Assembly (NCBI GenBank): GCA_963823665.1
Contig: CAWGMQ010000003.1
Coordinates: forward strand, 512,001-576,000
Source of the DNA: an uncultured Planctomycetota bacterium
GTDB taxonomy: Bacteria > Planctomycetota > Planctomycetia > Isosphaerales > Isosphaeraceae
Direction of reading: 5' to 3'
DNA: 64,000 nt
The translations under genes were made by a program, and so were the position numbers. The notes beneath the pieces were generated by a model. That model was not told the origin of the DNA. It made no database searches and was given only the letters and a program-made list of their open reading frames with translations. Below, in pieces: positions 40,893 to 50,087 of the stretch. Each line of letters begins with the position of its first letter. Position 1 is the first letter of the stretch.

Positions 40893-41882
40893 TCAAAAGC
40901 GCACCGAGAACCCCGCCCCGGTGAACAGCTCACCCGGATTGCCATTGAGTCCGAACCCCACGCGGAGATCAAGCTGCATGTTCGGCGTAAGCTGGTAAAG
41001 CACACCCCCGTCCATGTAGTTCAGAGTCGGGTTGTCGCCCGTCAGCAGGATGTACCACTCGTAGAACAGCGTCGTTCGTTGCCCCAGTGAGTAGAAACCA
41101 ACGAGCGATTGGTGGTATCGCTCGAAAACGTCGCTGCGGCGCGCGGGCCGTAGAGCGAAATGCTCGCGCCTTCCCAGATAACCCGTGCTGCCGGAGATGG
41201 TGAGCTTCTCGGTGGCTTTCCAGCCGTAGATCAGATTGATGTACGGATCGACCGTTTCGGACGAAAATGGCGACGTTCCGCCGGTTGGCGCGAAGATCGA
41301 GGTGATCAACGCGGTCGTCGGGATCCATCTCTTATCCTTGTTCTCTTCGAGGAGCTGCCACTTGAACCCGATTTCCATGTCGCTCGGTCCGTTCAACTGC
41401 TTCCATGGTCCGCCTGGCCTGGACTGCGTCTGCGAGTAAGTCTGGCCGAACCAGAACGTGCGGAACTCGACTCGCTTCGCCAGTCCGAAACGCATCGCCA
41501 GCTCGGGAAAGTCATATGCGGTGGTCCGAGAACTCGCCGCCTGCTGATAGTCGAAGGTAAAACCCGATTCGAACTGAAGCCGGCCGGGGGGCACGACCGT
41601 GTTGGCCGGCGTGAACGTGGGGCGATCGGTGTTGATCGGGCCGTCGGGGTCTTCTTCCTGGGAAAAAATCGACCAGAAACGGTCGAAGACCCCCGAGCGG
41701 AAGGTCATTCCTTCGTCGTCGAACTCCGGCGATTCCCGTTCGGACACCACAGCCTCGGGGAATGCGTCTTCACCCACGGCGGAACTGCCCGAGGTCAGCG
41801 AGCCCACGCCCTGGCCGCGGGCACCGGATCCGGATGCCAGCACGATCGCCAAGGCAATTCCGACCAGGCCGCTCCTCAACAT
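40893..41882 (-). CDS. Outer-membrane beta-barrel 'transporter' (MetA-pathway/phenol degradation family)
   Basis: Signal peptide, INTDRPTFT...VVPPGRLQFESG, C-terminal QLDLRVGFGL...GFSVRF. Confidence 0.85.
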   Translation of the reverse strand: MLRSGLVGIALAIVLASGSGARGQGVGSLTSGSSAVGEDAFPEAVVSERESPEFDDEGMTFRSGVFDRFWSIFSQEEDPDGPINTDRPTFTPANTVVPPGRLQFESGFTFDYQQAASSRTTAYDFPELAMRFGLAKRVEFRTFWFGQTYSQTQSRPGGPWKQLNGPSDMEIGFKWQLLEENKDKRWIPTTALITSIFAPTGGTSPFSSETVDPYINLIYGWKATEKLTISGSTGYLGRREHFALRPARRSDVFERYHQSLVGFYSLGQRTTLFYEWYILLTGDNPTLNYMDGGVLYQLTPNMQLDLRVGFGLNGNPGELFTGAGFSVRF

Positions 41883-42066
41883 CCACGCGCTGCTTTCGTT
41901 TAGTGATCGGTCTGAATTCGAACAAGTGGGCACCCCGGAGACGCGCTGTCCGGCTGGTCCCTCTGTCGGCTACGGCGCCCATGAACTTGACGAAATCGCC
42001 CGGTGGCAAGGCGGGGAATCGTCGGTCGGAGTGGTCCAAAATCGCGGGCCTCACAGCGCCCAGGCG

Positions 42067-42523
42067 TCAGCCCGGAGCGCGGGGAACGACCAGGACCGCC
42101 ACTTGTTCCATCACAACTTCGTCGTTCTGATTGAGAGTCTGACTCTTGAAACGCACGATTCCCCTGGAGGGATCGGAACGCGACACGCGAGCCTCAAGCA
42201 CTTCGCCTTCAACGCGAATGCGATCGCCGGGACGCACGGGCGCGGCCAGCGGATCGACTCGACGCCGACGCCGACCAGCCCGCCCGCGACCCTGAAATCA
42301 CTGTCGACGAGCAACCGCATGGACATCGCCAGGGTGTGCCAGCCGCTCGCCACCAGCCCACCCCAGAGGCTCGACGTTGCAGCAGCCTCATCGAGATGGA
42401 ACGGCTGCGGGTCAAATTCCGCGGCGAACGCCTTGATTCGCTCCAGATCCACAGTCAACGACCCCGAGTGGTACTTGTGCCCCACTTCCAGGTCGTCGAA
42501 AAAAGCGGCGCACCCGGCGTCAT
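42067..42523 (-). CDS. MaoC family dehydratase (two frameshifts)
   Basis: FDDLEVG, IKAFAAEFDPQPFHLDE, GLVASGWHT, RWPRP; tail VMEQVAVLVVPR in another frame. Confidence 0.88.
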
Positions 42524-43223
42524 CACGTCCCCTCTCGCTGAACCAATATCGCGAACCGCGATCCTAACCGGCCGATCCTCCGCCGGTCCAGTCGCGATCA
42601 GCTCCTGAAACTGGTTCCGTCATCATGCAACGAACACCGGGTGCCCGTGCGCGGCGCTGTAATGCTTACAATATGCGCACTCGCCTGAAGTCAATGACCG
42701 CTACCATGCAGTTCCGCCATGTAATTTGGTCGGAACAGATGCAACGCGCTGGCCGAGCGCGAGTCGATGCGGTATTTCAAGGGATGGAGGAGCGGTGGGG
42801 GCCAACTACCGGCGTGCGGGAGGGATTGATTCTGACGTTGCAAATCGCACACGGCGTCGTGCGGGTCTATGCTGGCATCCGCTTTGCGATGTAAAATACA
42901 TCAGGTGACCTAGATATCCCCGTGTTCTTTCCTGCGGAGAGGGCCATGAGCGCCAAGAAGCGTCGGAAGGTTTACGGTGTGCGCCGGGAAACACGTCGGC
43001 CGCGAGGATGGACTCGCTGGTTTCACGAAGGACTGCTGGACATCGATGTCGCGGGCAGCATTCGTCTGCGTTCTGTCCTGTGGGAACAGAAGTAGCTGAA
43101 GATCGTCCACGATCCCCGGACCGTACAGGGAACGCTTGCGAGTACGCGTCACGCTCGCTTGCCAGCGTCGTGATGTAGTACCGGTCTCAGGGCAATCGGA
43201 GCGCGCCTGCCGGCAGCGTTCGC

Positions 43224-45076
43224 TTATTCTGCGGCGCTGCGGAGCTCGGCTAGCTCAAGTGCGCGCGTGGTCGATCTGCGGGCTTCGGCGGAGTCGATCG
43301 GCTCGACGAGCAGGGCCGCGAACTCTCGCAGCGTTTCGATCAAGGCCAGGCGAAGCGTGTAGCGCTTGGGAAAGCGGACAACCAGTTTCTCATAGATCCG
43401 GATCGCGCGACGAAAGTCGTCCCGGCCTCGTGCGTCGTCAAGAATCAAGCGAGACCGCCCGGCGCGTCGGAGCGCCTGAGCGACGAGCGCGAGCAATTCA
43501 TCGTCTTCAGCGTGAGCTCTCGACGCGGCCTGAGAGAATGCGACCGGATGGAGAACGGCGCGGGGCGTGCCTGTGTACAGTGGAATTTCGGAGGCGTTCA
43601 GCCGGCTTTCTATGGCCGCGAGCGTGATCTGGTCGATCGCGCCCAAGGCGTTGTCGAGCGCCGTGCGCTCCTGCATTTCCAGGTGGCGAAGCTCGTCCAG
43701 GTTTGCGGTGGAGCGGCGATTCTCGTAACAGAGGATGGCCATGCTTCCCACGAGTGAAAGCAACAAAACGCTGGCCGCCGCGATCACGGCGGGGCGATGT
43801 CGGCTCGACAATCTCACCGACCGGTGCCATAAGCTCGGTCGCCGCGCGCGCACGGGCTGATCGGCGAGGAACCGCCGCAGGTCAGCGGCGAGCTCCCGGG
43901 CCGAGGCGTATCGCGCAGACGGATCTTTTGCGATCGCCTTCATCACCACGGTTTCCAGGTCGCGGGCGATCGACTTGTTCAACCGCCGCAGCGGTGCTGG
44001 CTCTTGCTGGAGAATGCGAGCGCGCAGCTCTTCGGTGCTGGGCGCGGCATGAGCTGGATGCAGCGTCAAGAGCTCATAAAGCGTGACTCCCAGGGCGTAG
44101 ATATCCGTGCGTGCGTCGGTCGAGCCGCGGCTTCCACCGAGCTGCTCCGGGCTCAAGTAACGCAGTGTCGCGGCGTGTCGGTCGCTCTCGATCAGCTCGT
44201 TCTTCTCTCGCGGCAGTCGCGCCAGCCCGAAGTCGGTCACCCAGAGGCGGCCGCGGCCATCGATCAGCAAATTGGAGGGCTTGATGCCGCGATGGACGAC
44301 TCCGAACTGATGCGCGTGCTCGAGTGCGTCGGCGGCCTGAACGGCCCACCTTACGGCTCGGTGGCAGAACGGCCGGACCGCGCTCGACGACCGTGCCGCG
44401 GCCGACACGCGCCAGGCGCTGCCCACGACCGGCAGCGCGAGTTCGGGCAAATCGATCCGGGCGGCATCATGATCCTCGGCGGCCCGGGTGGTCTTCAGCT
44501 CCCGCAGCACGTCCGAGAGCGGACGTCCGTCGATGAACTGCATCACAGAGTAATGGACGCCCGCATCGAAGCCCGTGCCGAAGATCGGGACAATGTGCTC
44601 GTGCCGCAGGAACCCGGCCGCCTGCGCCTCCGCCTGAAAGCGATGGCGCCGGCGCGAATCGGGCGATGCACCGGTGGGAAGCACCTTGAGGGCCACTCTT
44701 CGACCACCAGAGCCCTGCTCTGCCTCGAATACAACACCACCCATGCCGCCGCGGCCAATCTCTCGGATCAAGCGAAACTCACCCAACTGCGCGGCGCCGA
44801 GAGGTCTGCGCCGGATACCCCGGTCGCCGCTCGCAGCGCAAAGTGGCTCGCCGCATCCTCGACCAGCTCGAGACCATCGAGGCACTCGCCGAGTGCCTCT
44901 GCGATGGCGGGATGACGCGCCAGGTATTCGCTCCGCGGCGGCAGTCGGCCCGCTCGCTTCAACCTCGCGTATTCCTCGAGTGCGAGCGTGATCTGCTCGT
45001 CTTCGGACGGCTCCAGCTCTTGATCCGATTCATAAGAAAGCCTTTCTCCGGACGACCCAGATTCCTGGGACATCAT
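43224..45076 (-). CDS. Hanks-type Ser/Thr kinase-like protein with HRG in place of HRD (frameshift ~44830)
   Basis: YLARHPAIAEAL anti-sigma-like leader, IGRGGMG, VALKVL, HRGIKPSN, TDFGLA, YLSPEQ, TDIYALG, TM segment. Confidence 0.85.
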
Positions 45077-45300
45077 CACGGATTCCCCCCGATGCATTTC
45101 GCGATGAGTCGCTGTCCCCGATGTTCTATTCCCTGATAGTCACCAAAGTCGGCCGAAAGGCATCGCGCAACACGCCGGAATCTGGCCCAGCGGCCGTTCG
45201 CACTTGCCGGAATCGGCGCAAAGTGTTATCTCGGTGGGGGAAACAGTGAAGGCGCTGAGCCGACGCGCGGATGCCGGCGAACTCGAGCGGTTGGTGAGAA

Positions 45301-46934
45301 ATGGCCAGCGAGCGCAGGAAAGAACCGTCGCAGGGACTTGTCCGGGTGCGCTGCGTGGGCGTGCTTGCCTGGATGGTGGCCGTTCTCATGGGCACGGTAC
45401 GGATCAACGCGCGTGCCGGTGAGCCCGGCCAGGATCCGGGGGATCTGTTGGTCGTGCAACTGGTGCATCCCGAGGGGCAGGCGGAGGCTGTGCTGAAGCT
45501 CTTCCGGAGCGCTCGGGTGAGGCACCCCGCCGCGGCACTTGCCGCCTGGAAAGCGGCGGCCCGGCCACCGCGTGAGCTGGGCAAGCCGCTCGAGGCATTG
45601 ATCGCGTGCTTCAATCCCGAGATGTCGGGCGAATGGCGAGTGATGGATGGTGCGCGGCTCGCTGTGAACCTGGACCCGGCCAGCGGCCGCCCAGCCTGGC
45701 ATGCCCTCGTGCCGCGAGATGACGGAACGATCACGGCGGCCGTAGCGGCGATGCGGCTCTCGGACGGCGCGTCCGAAGCCCCGGTCGATTTCGCGGGCAA
45801 TCGAATCGCGGTGGAGCGGCTGGGACGGCCCGGAGCGGCCCTGGCTGCTCGTGCGGGCGATACCTTGATCTTCGGCAGCTCTCGCGACGAGCTGGTCCGC
45901 GCCGCGCGGAACCTGGCAGACGGCAAGGTCGGTGCATCAGGCGCGCCGGGCGCCCGGGAAAGCCGCTTCGATCTGGCGCGAGCTTTGTGCTCGATGCGAA
46001 CCGCCTTGCGAGCGAGCCGGCGACAACGACGACGACGCGGGCCATCGCCGAGTTGCTTCGCGGGCTTTCGTGCCGCCAGGTGGAAGGAAGCCTGGCACTG
46101 GAGGGCGACGCCCTCGGACTCGACTTTTCGATGCTGCTGCGACCGGAGGCCGGCCTCGGCTCGGCGTTGTGGAAGGGTTCTGCTCCGATCGATCCGGCCT
46201 GGCTCGAGCACGTGCCTGCCTCGCGCGCCATGGCCGTGATCTCGCTGGCCTTCCGCCCAACCCGGGAATTCTGGGACTCGGCCTTCGCGCTGGCCGATCG
46301 AGTGGAGAAAACCGATCCCGCCCGGGCCGAGACAGCCCCGTTGCGGGCGCGACTCAATTTGATGGCACGAACGGCCGGCGTTCGCCTGGAGGCCGACGTC
46401 TGGCCGCACCTCCGGGGGCTGACGGTGGGCCTCTTCGGTGAGCCCGGCCGACCGGGTCGACCGAACGGAGTGCTGGTCGCCCTGCACCTCGATTCCGAGG
46501 CGTCCGCCCAGCGGCTGATTTCGCGATCGGGTGCTGGGCTCACGAAGCTGGTTGGCCGCGAACTGACTGCCTGGCGCGCCGGAGGAGACGTACTGGTCGC
46601 GTGGGGGAACGGCGTCGCCACGGCCGCACGCGACGCAGCGGCCAACCGCGAGCGCTCGGTCGCACCACTTTGCACGAACTGGTCGCGAGCAAGCAAACCG
46701 GCGCCTCATCGCCTCGTTGCCGTCTGGCCGGCACGCTGCTGGCCGCTCGAGCAAAAACAAAAACCGATCGCGGCGGCCGCGGCGTGGTCCGTGCTCGCCG
46801 AAGACCCCCCTGCCCTCTGGCTGGGCTGGAACGAGGAGACCAAAGGAATTGATACGATCCGATGGGCGGGCCTCGACCGGCGCGTCGAGCGATTTCTCGA
46901 TCAGATTCCGCTGGAACAGGTTTCCGCTCGGTAA
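45301..46934 (+). CDS. Exported hypothetical protein (frameshift ~45985)
   Basis: Signal-like N-terminus, HPAAALAAWK, GKPLEALIACFNPEM; ORFs 45301..46239 and 45987..46934 join. Confidence 0.65.
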
Positions 46935-47206
46935 GACAGGGGTTCAGCCAATACCGCAACGTCCGACCGCCCGGCACATCCCAGAACGCACCTCGCTTTC
47001 CCTCAAGACCGCCAATCCGCTCAGTTCGAACCCGATTATCTTTGCTACATGCGAAAATCCGATGTAGAATACCCATTATTCCCAGTTTGGCAACTCCGAG
47101 GGCGGGCAGATTCGATCTCGTGTCCGAACGCCGCGGGAGTGCCTCGCCGTTCGCCGAAGCGGTATCACCGCGCCGGGTGTCGCCACATCGATGGTCCGAG
47201 CACAAC

Positions 47207-48859
47207 ATGTTTTCTGGAACGCTGTTGCGTCCATTGGCCAACCTCACTCGTCGTCTCGGGCGCAGGGTCAATCGTGGCCAGGCGACGAAGTCCCGGCCGA
47301 TGGGCGAGTGCCTCGAGTGCAGGTCGTTGCTTTCGAACGTGGTTGGTTGGAATGGGGGAAGCGGAGGCACGCAGAACTCGGCGATCACGCCCGCGAATAT
47401 CTCGCAATTGACGCAAAAGTACACGGACGTCGTCGACGGTGCCATCGTGGCCGAGCCCCTCGTTGCCTCGGTCGACATCACGGTCGGCCCCAACCAGGGA
47501 ACTCAGTCGGTGGTCTTCGTGGCGACGCAGCGCGACAGTCTTTACGCCTTCAATCTGAACTCGGGCGAGCTCGACTGGCACACCAGTTTTCTCATTCCGG
47601 GCCAGACAACGCTCACGTCGTCCGAACTGGACTTCGGGGGTAGCGGGATCATCGGCACACCGGCGATCGATTCTGCCGCGAACACGATGTACCTGGTCTC
47701 CTCGGAGAGTTACGGCGCCGGCAACGTCGTTCATTACATCAAGACTCTGCACGCGATCGATATGAGCGATGGAATGGAACGATCGGGGAGCCCGGTCGTG
47801 ATCGCCGATACGGGGTACGTTGGCACCACGGAGGTCAGCTTTGCGGGACCGAGCGTCCGTGGTACCGGCGCGGGCAGCGTGCGAGGGCGAGTGCAATTCG
47901 ATGTGCTGCGTCAGATGCAACGCCCTGGCCTGACGATTGACGGCAACAACCTGGTGATCGCCTTTGGATCGGCGGTGGGTGTAACGCCTTACTACCACGG
48001 CTGGCTCCTGGCGTACAACATGAACTCGCTCCAGCCAACCGGCGTTTTCAACGACACGCCGAACGGGCACAACGGCGGTATCTGGAATGACGGCAACCCG
48101 ATCCAGGTCGACTCCCAGGGTTATCTGTATACGGCAACAGGGAACGGCACGTTTGACGCGGCCCTGAACTCCAAGGGGTTCCCCAGCCGCGGCGACTTCG
48201 GAGATTCTGTGCTCAAGCTGGCGATCGATCCCGGGTACACAGGGCCAAACGGTTTCGGAATCCGTGTGGTCGATTACTTCACGCCTCGCAATCAAGCCAC
48301 GCTGGATAAGTATGATGAGGACCTGGCGTCATCGGGCGTGCTGCTGCTCCCCGATGGCGCGGGCGGGCCGAGGCATCCCAACCTGTTGCTCGCCTCCGGC
48401 AAACAGGGAACTCTTTACGTCATCAACCGGAACAATATGGGTCATTTTCACCCCTATTCCAACAAGGTATTCGAGGAGCTTCCCGGGGCTATTACCTCAT
48501 CCTTCGATACACCAGCGTATGACCTCGGCACGGTGTACTACGCCGGGGCCGGGGATGTCCTCAGGTCGTTCGCCGTTGTTAACGGACGATTGGTACCGAC
48601 CGGCCAGGGACCGAATACGTTTGGGCTGCACGGCGCGAGTCCGGTGGTTTCGTCCGATGGAACGGAGAACGGCATCGTCTGGGTGATTTCGAGCTCGAAA
48701 ACGTTGTTCGCTTACAATGCCACGAACGTGAGCACCGATTTGTGGTCTGCGAGTCTTCCCGGATATTCCACGTTTGCGATTCCCGATGTGACGAGCGACG
48801 GACATGTCCTGGTCGGTGCGGGAAATGTGTTGGTGGCGTTCGGATTGGGTGGGTCGTGA
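47207..48859 (+). CDS. Secreted PQQ-type beta-propeller protein
   Basis: ECLECRSLLS leader, VDGAIVAEPL, SLYAF, GIIGTPAID, YHGWLLAY, GGIW, TGNG, DYFTP, GKQG. Confidence 0.85.
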   Translation: MFSGTLLRPLANLTRRLGRRVNRGQATKSRPMGECLECRSLLSNVVGWNGGSGGTQNSAITPANISQLTQKYTDVVDGAIVAEPLVASVDITVGPNQGTQSVVFVATQRDSLYAFNLNSGELDWHTSFLIPGQTTLTSSELDFGGSGIIGTPAIDSAANTMYLVSSESYGAGNVVHYIKTLHAIDMSDGMERSGSPVVIADTGYVGTTEVSFAGPSVRGTGAGSVRGRVQFDVLRQMQRPGLTIDGNNLVIAFGSAVGVTPYYHGWLLAYNMNSLQPTGVFNDTPNGHNGGIWNDGNPIQVDSQGYLYTATGNGTFDAALNSKGFPSRGDFGDSVLKLAIDPGYTGPNGFGIRVVDYFTPRNQATLDKYDEDLASSGVLLLPDGAGGPRHPNLLLASGKQGTLYVINRNNMGHFHPYSNKVFEELPGAITSSFDTPAYDLGTVYYAGAGDVLRSFAVVNGRLVPTGQGPNTFGLHGASPVVSSDGTENGIVWVISSSKTLFAYNATNVSTDLWSASLPGYSTFAIPDVTSDGHVLVGAGNVLVAFGLGGS

Positions 48860-48864
48860 GCAGA

Positions 48865-49082
48865 GGGAACCACGAAACACACGAAACACACGAAAGTTAA
48901 AGAAAATCAACATACGACGATCCGTTCCACTTTCCGTTTATAGACAAGCCGAACCTTTATCCGGCGGCGTTCAACGCATTGTGAAACTGTGCGTGGTAGC
49001 GCCGCGAACGCCACGCCTTGACCGTTCTGACGTCGACGTGCTTTCCTCTTTTTTCGTGTGTTTCGTGTGTTTCGTGGTTCCC
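48865..49082. mobile_element. Non-autonomous (MITE-like) nonamer-triplet element
   Basis: Perfect 31-bp inverted repeat GGGAACCACGAAACACACGAAACACACGAAA (48865-48895 and 49052-49082) around a 156-bp spacer. Confidence 0.85.
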
Positions 49083-49130
49083 GCTCTTCCACCCACCGAA
49101 CACGATTCACATGAAACAGCCAGACGAGGA

Positions 49131-49504
49131 TCAGACGACGATTCGTTCGTATTCGAGCTTCGGGTGGTGACCGAAGTTCACGAGCAAGCCCAGCCAGTAG
49201 CCCGTCGCCTTCAAATAATTGTGGACCTGGGCGCGGTGGACATCGTCGAACTCCTTGACTGCTTTGAGTTCCACCACAATCTTCTCCCAGCAGACGAAAT
49301 CGGGTTCGTACACCTGCTTCAGAAGCCGGCTCTTATAAGCAACTTCAATTTGGATTGAGCCTGGAACGGTATGTCCTGTAGTCCCAGTTCGATCTCAATA
49401 CACTCTTGATACACCGGTTCCAGGAATCCGCTTCCCATCTCCTTGTAGACCTCGAAGCACGCCCCGATGATGCGATCGCTTTCATCTGGGTAGATGAGTG
49501 CCAC
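49131..49504 (-). CDS. GxxExxY protein (PD-(D/E)XK nuclease superfamily); 1-bp frameshift ~49340
   Basis: IIGACFEVYKEMGSGFLEPVYQEC, YEPDFVC, IVVELKA, AQVHNYLKATG, GLLVNFG; flanked by nonamer-repeat arms at 49091-49116 and 49519-49539. Confidence 0.92.
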
Positions 49505-49564
49505 TTTGAACTCTCCCCTTTCGTGTGTTTCGTGGTTCCTCGCCGAATCCCTGCACGACGGGCT

Positions 49565-50011
49565 TCAGGCCTCACGCGCGCCGTGCACGTTATTCAGGAA
49601 CCTGCATCGATTCATCGACTGCCAAACTGTAACAAAGAAGGGCACCGTTGTGGCGATCAATCCGGCCGCGAGGAACATTCGCACCTGGCGCCGGATTTCA
49701 TCCCACGAGCGATGGGCGCCGTCCCCTTCACCTGTTATGGCCATGTAAACGATCCACAACATCGCCCAGACGCCGATTGAAAAAGTGAGCCACGCGACAC
49801 GATCGGAGAGCTTGGCCGTCGAGAGTCTCGTGGCGATTCGAATCCGCCATCCGGTTGTCGCGTCGATCGTCCACAGAATGAAGATCAACATGCACCCCAG
49901 TGTGCCTCCAGAGGCGATCACCAGTGAGAGCCAGATGGTGAATGCCGCACAGCGACCAGTCAGCGAGACGTGATCGGATTTGCGAAAGAGCCGGGGACCG
50001 GCGCGGGGCAT
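49565..50011 (-). CDS. Small membrane protein, hypothetical
   Basis: Three hydrophobic segments; start uncertain. Confidence 0.45.
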   Translation of the reverse strand: MPRAGPRLFRKSDHVSLTGRCAAFTIWLSLVIASGGTLGCMLIFILWTIDATTGWRIRIATRLSTAKLSDRVAWLTFSIGVWAMLWIVYMAITGEGDGAHRSWDEIRRQVRMFLAAGLIATTVPFFVTVWQSMNRCRFLNNVHGAREA

Positions 50012-50087
50012 GTCGTTCTCGAAGAAGCCGAAGCGCCTCAACGGGGAATCTCGTGGACTGCCAGTTCGCCGCATCGGCCGATCGTCC

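Noticed and set aside
42560..43220. Small ORFs or ncRNA between the MaoC and kinase genes
   Set aside because: No convincing RBS, motif or structure.
49319..49345. Programmed frameshift in GxxExxY
   Set aside because: No slippery sequence, and similar single-base indels occur throughout the window.
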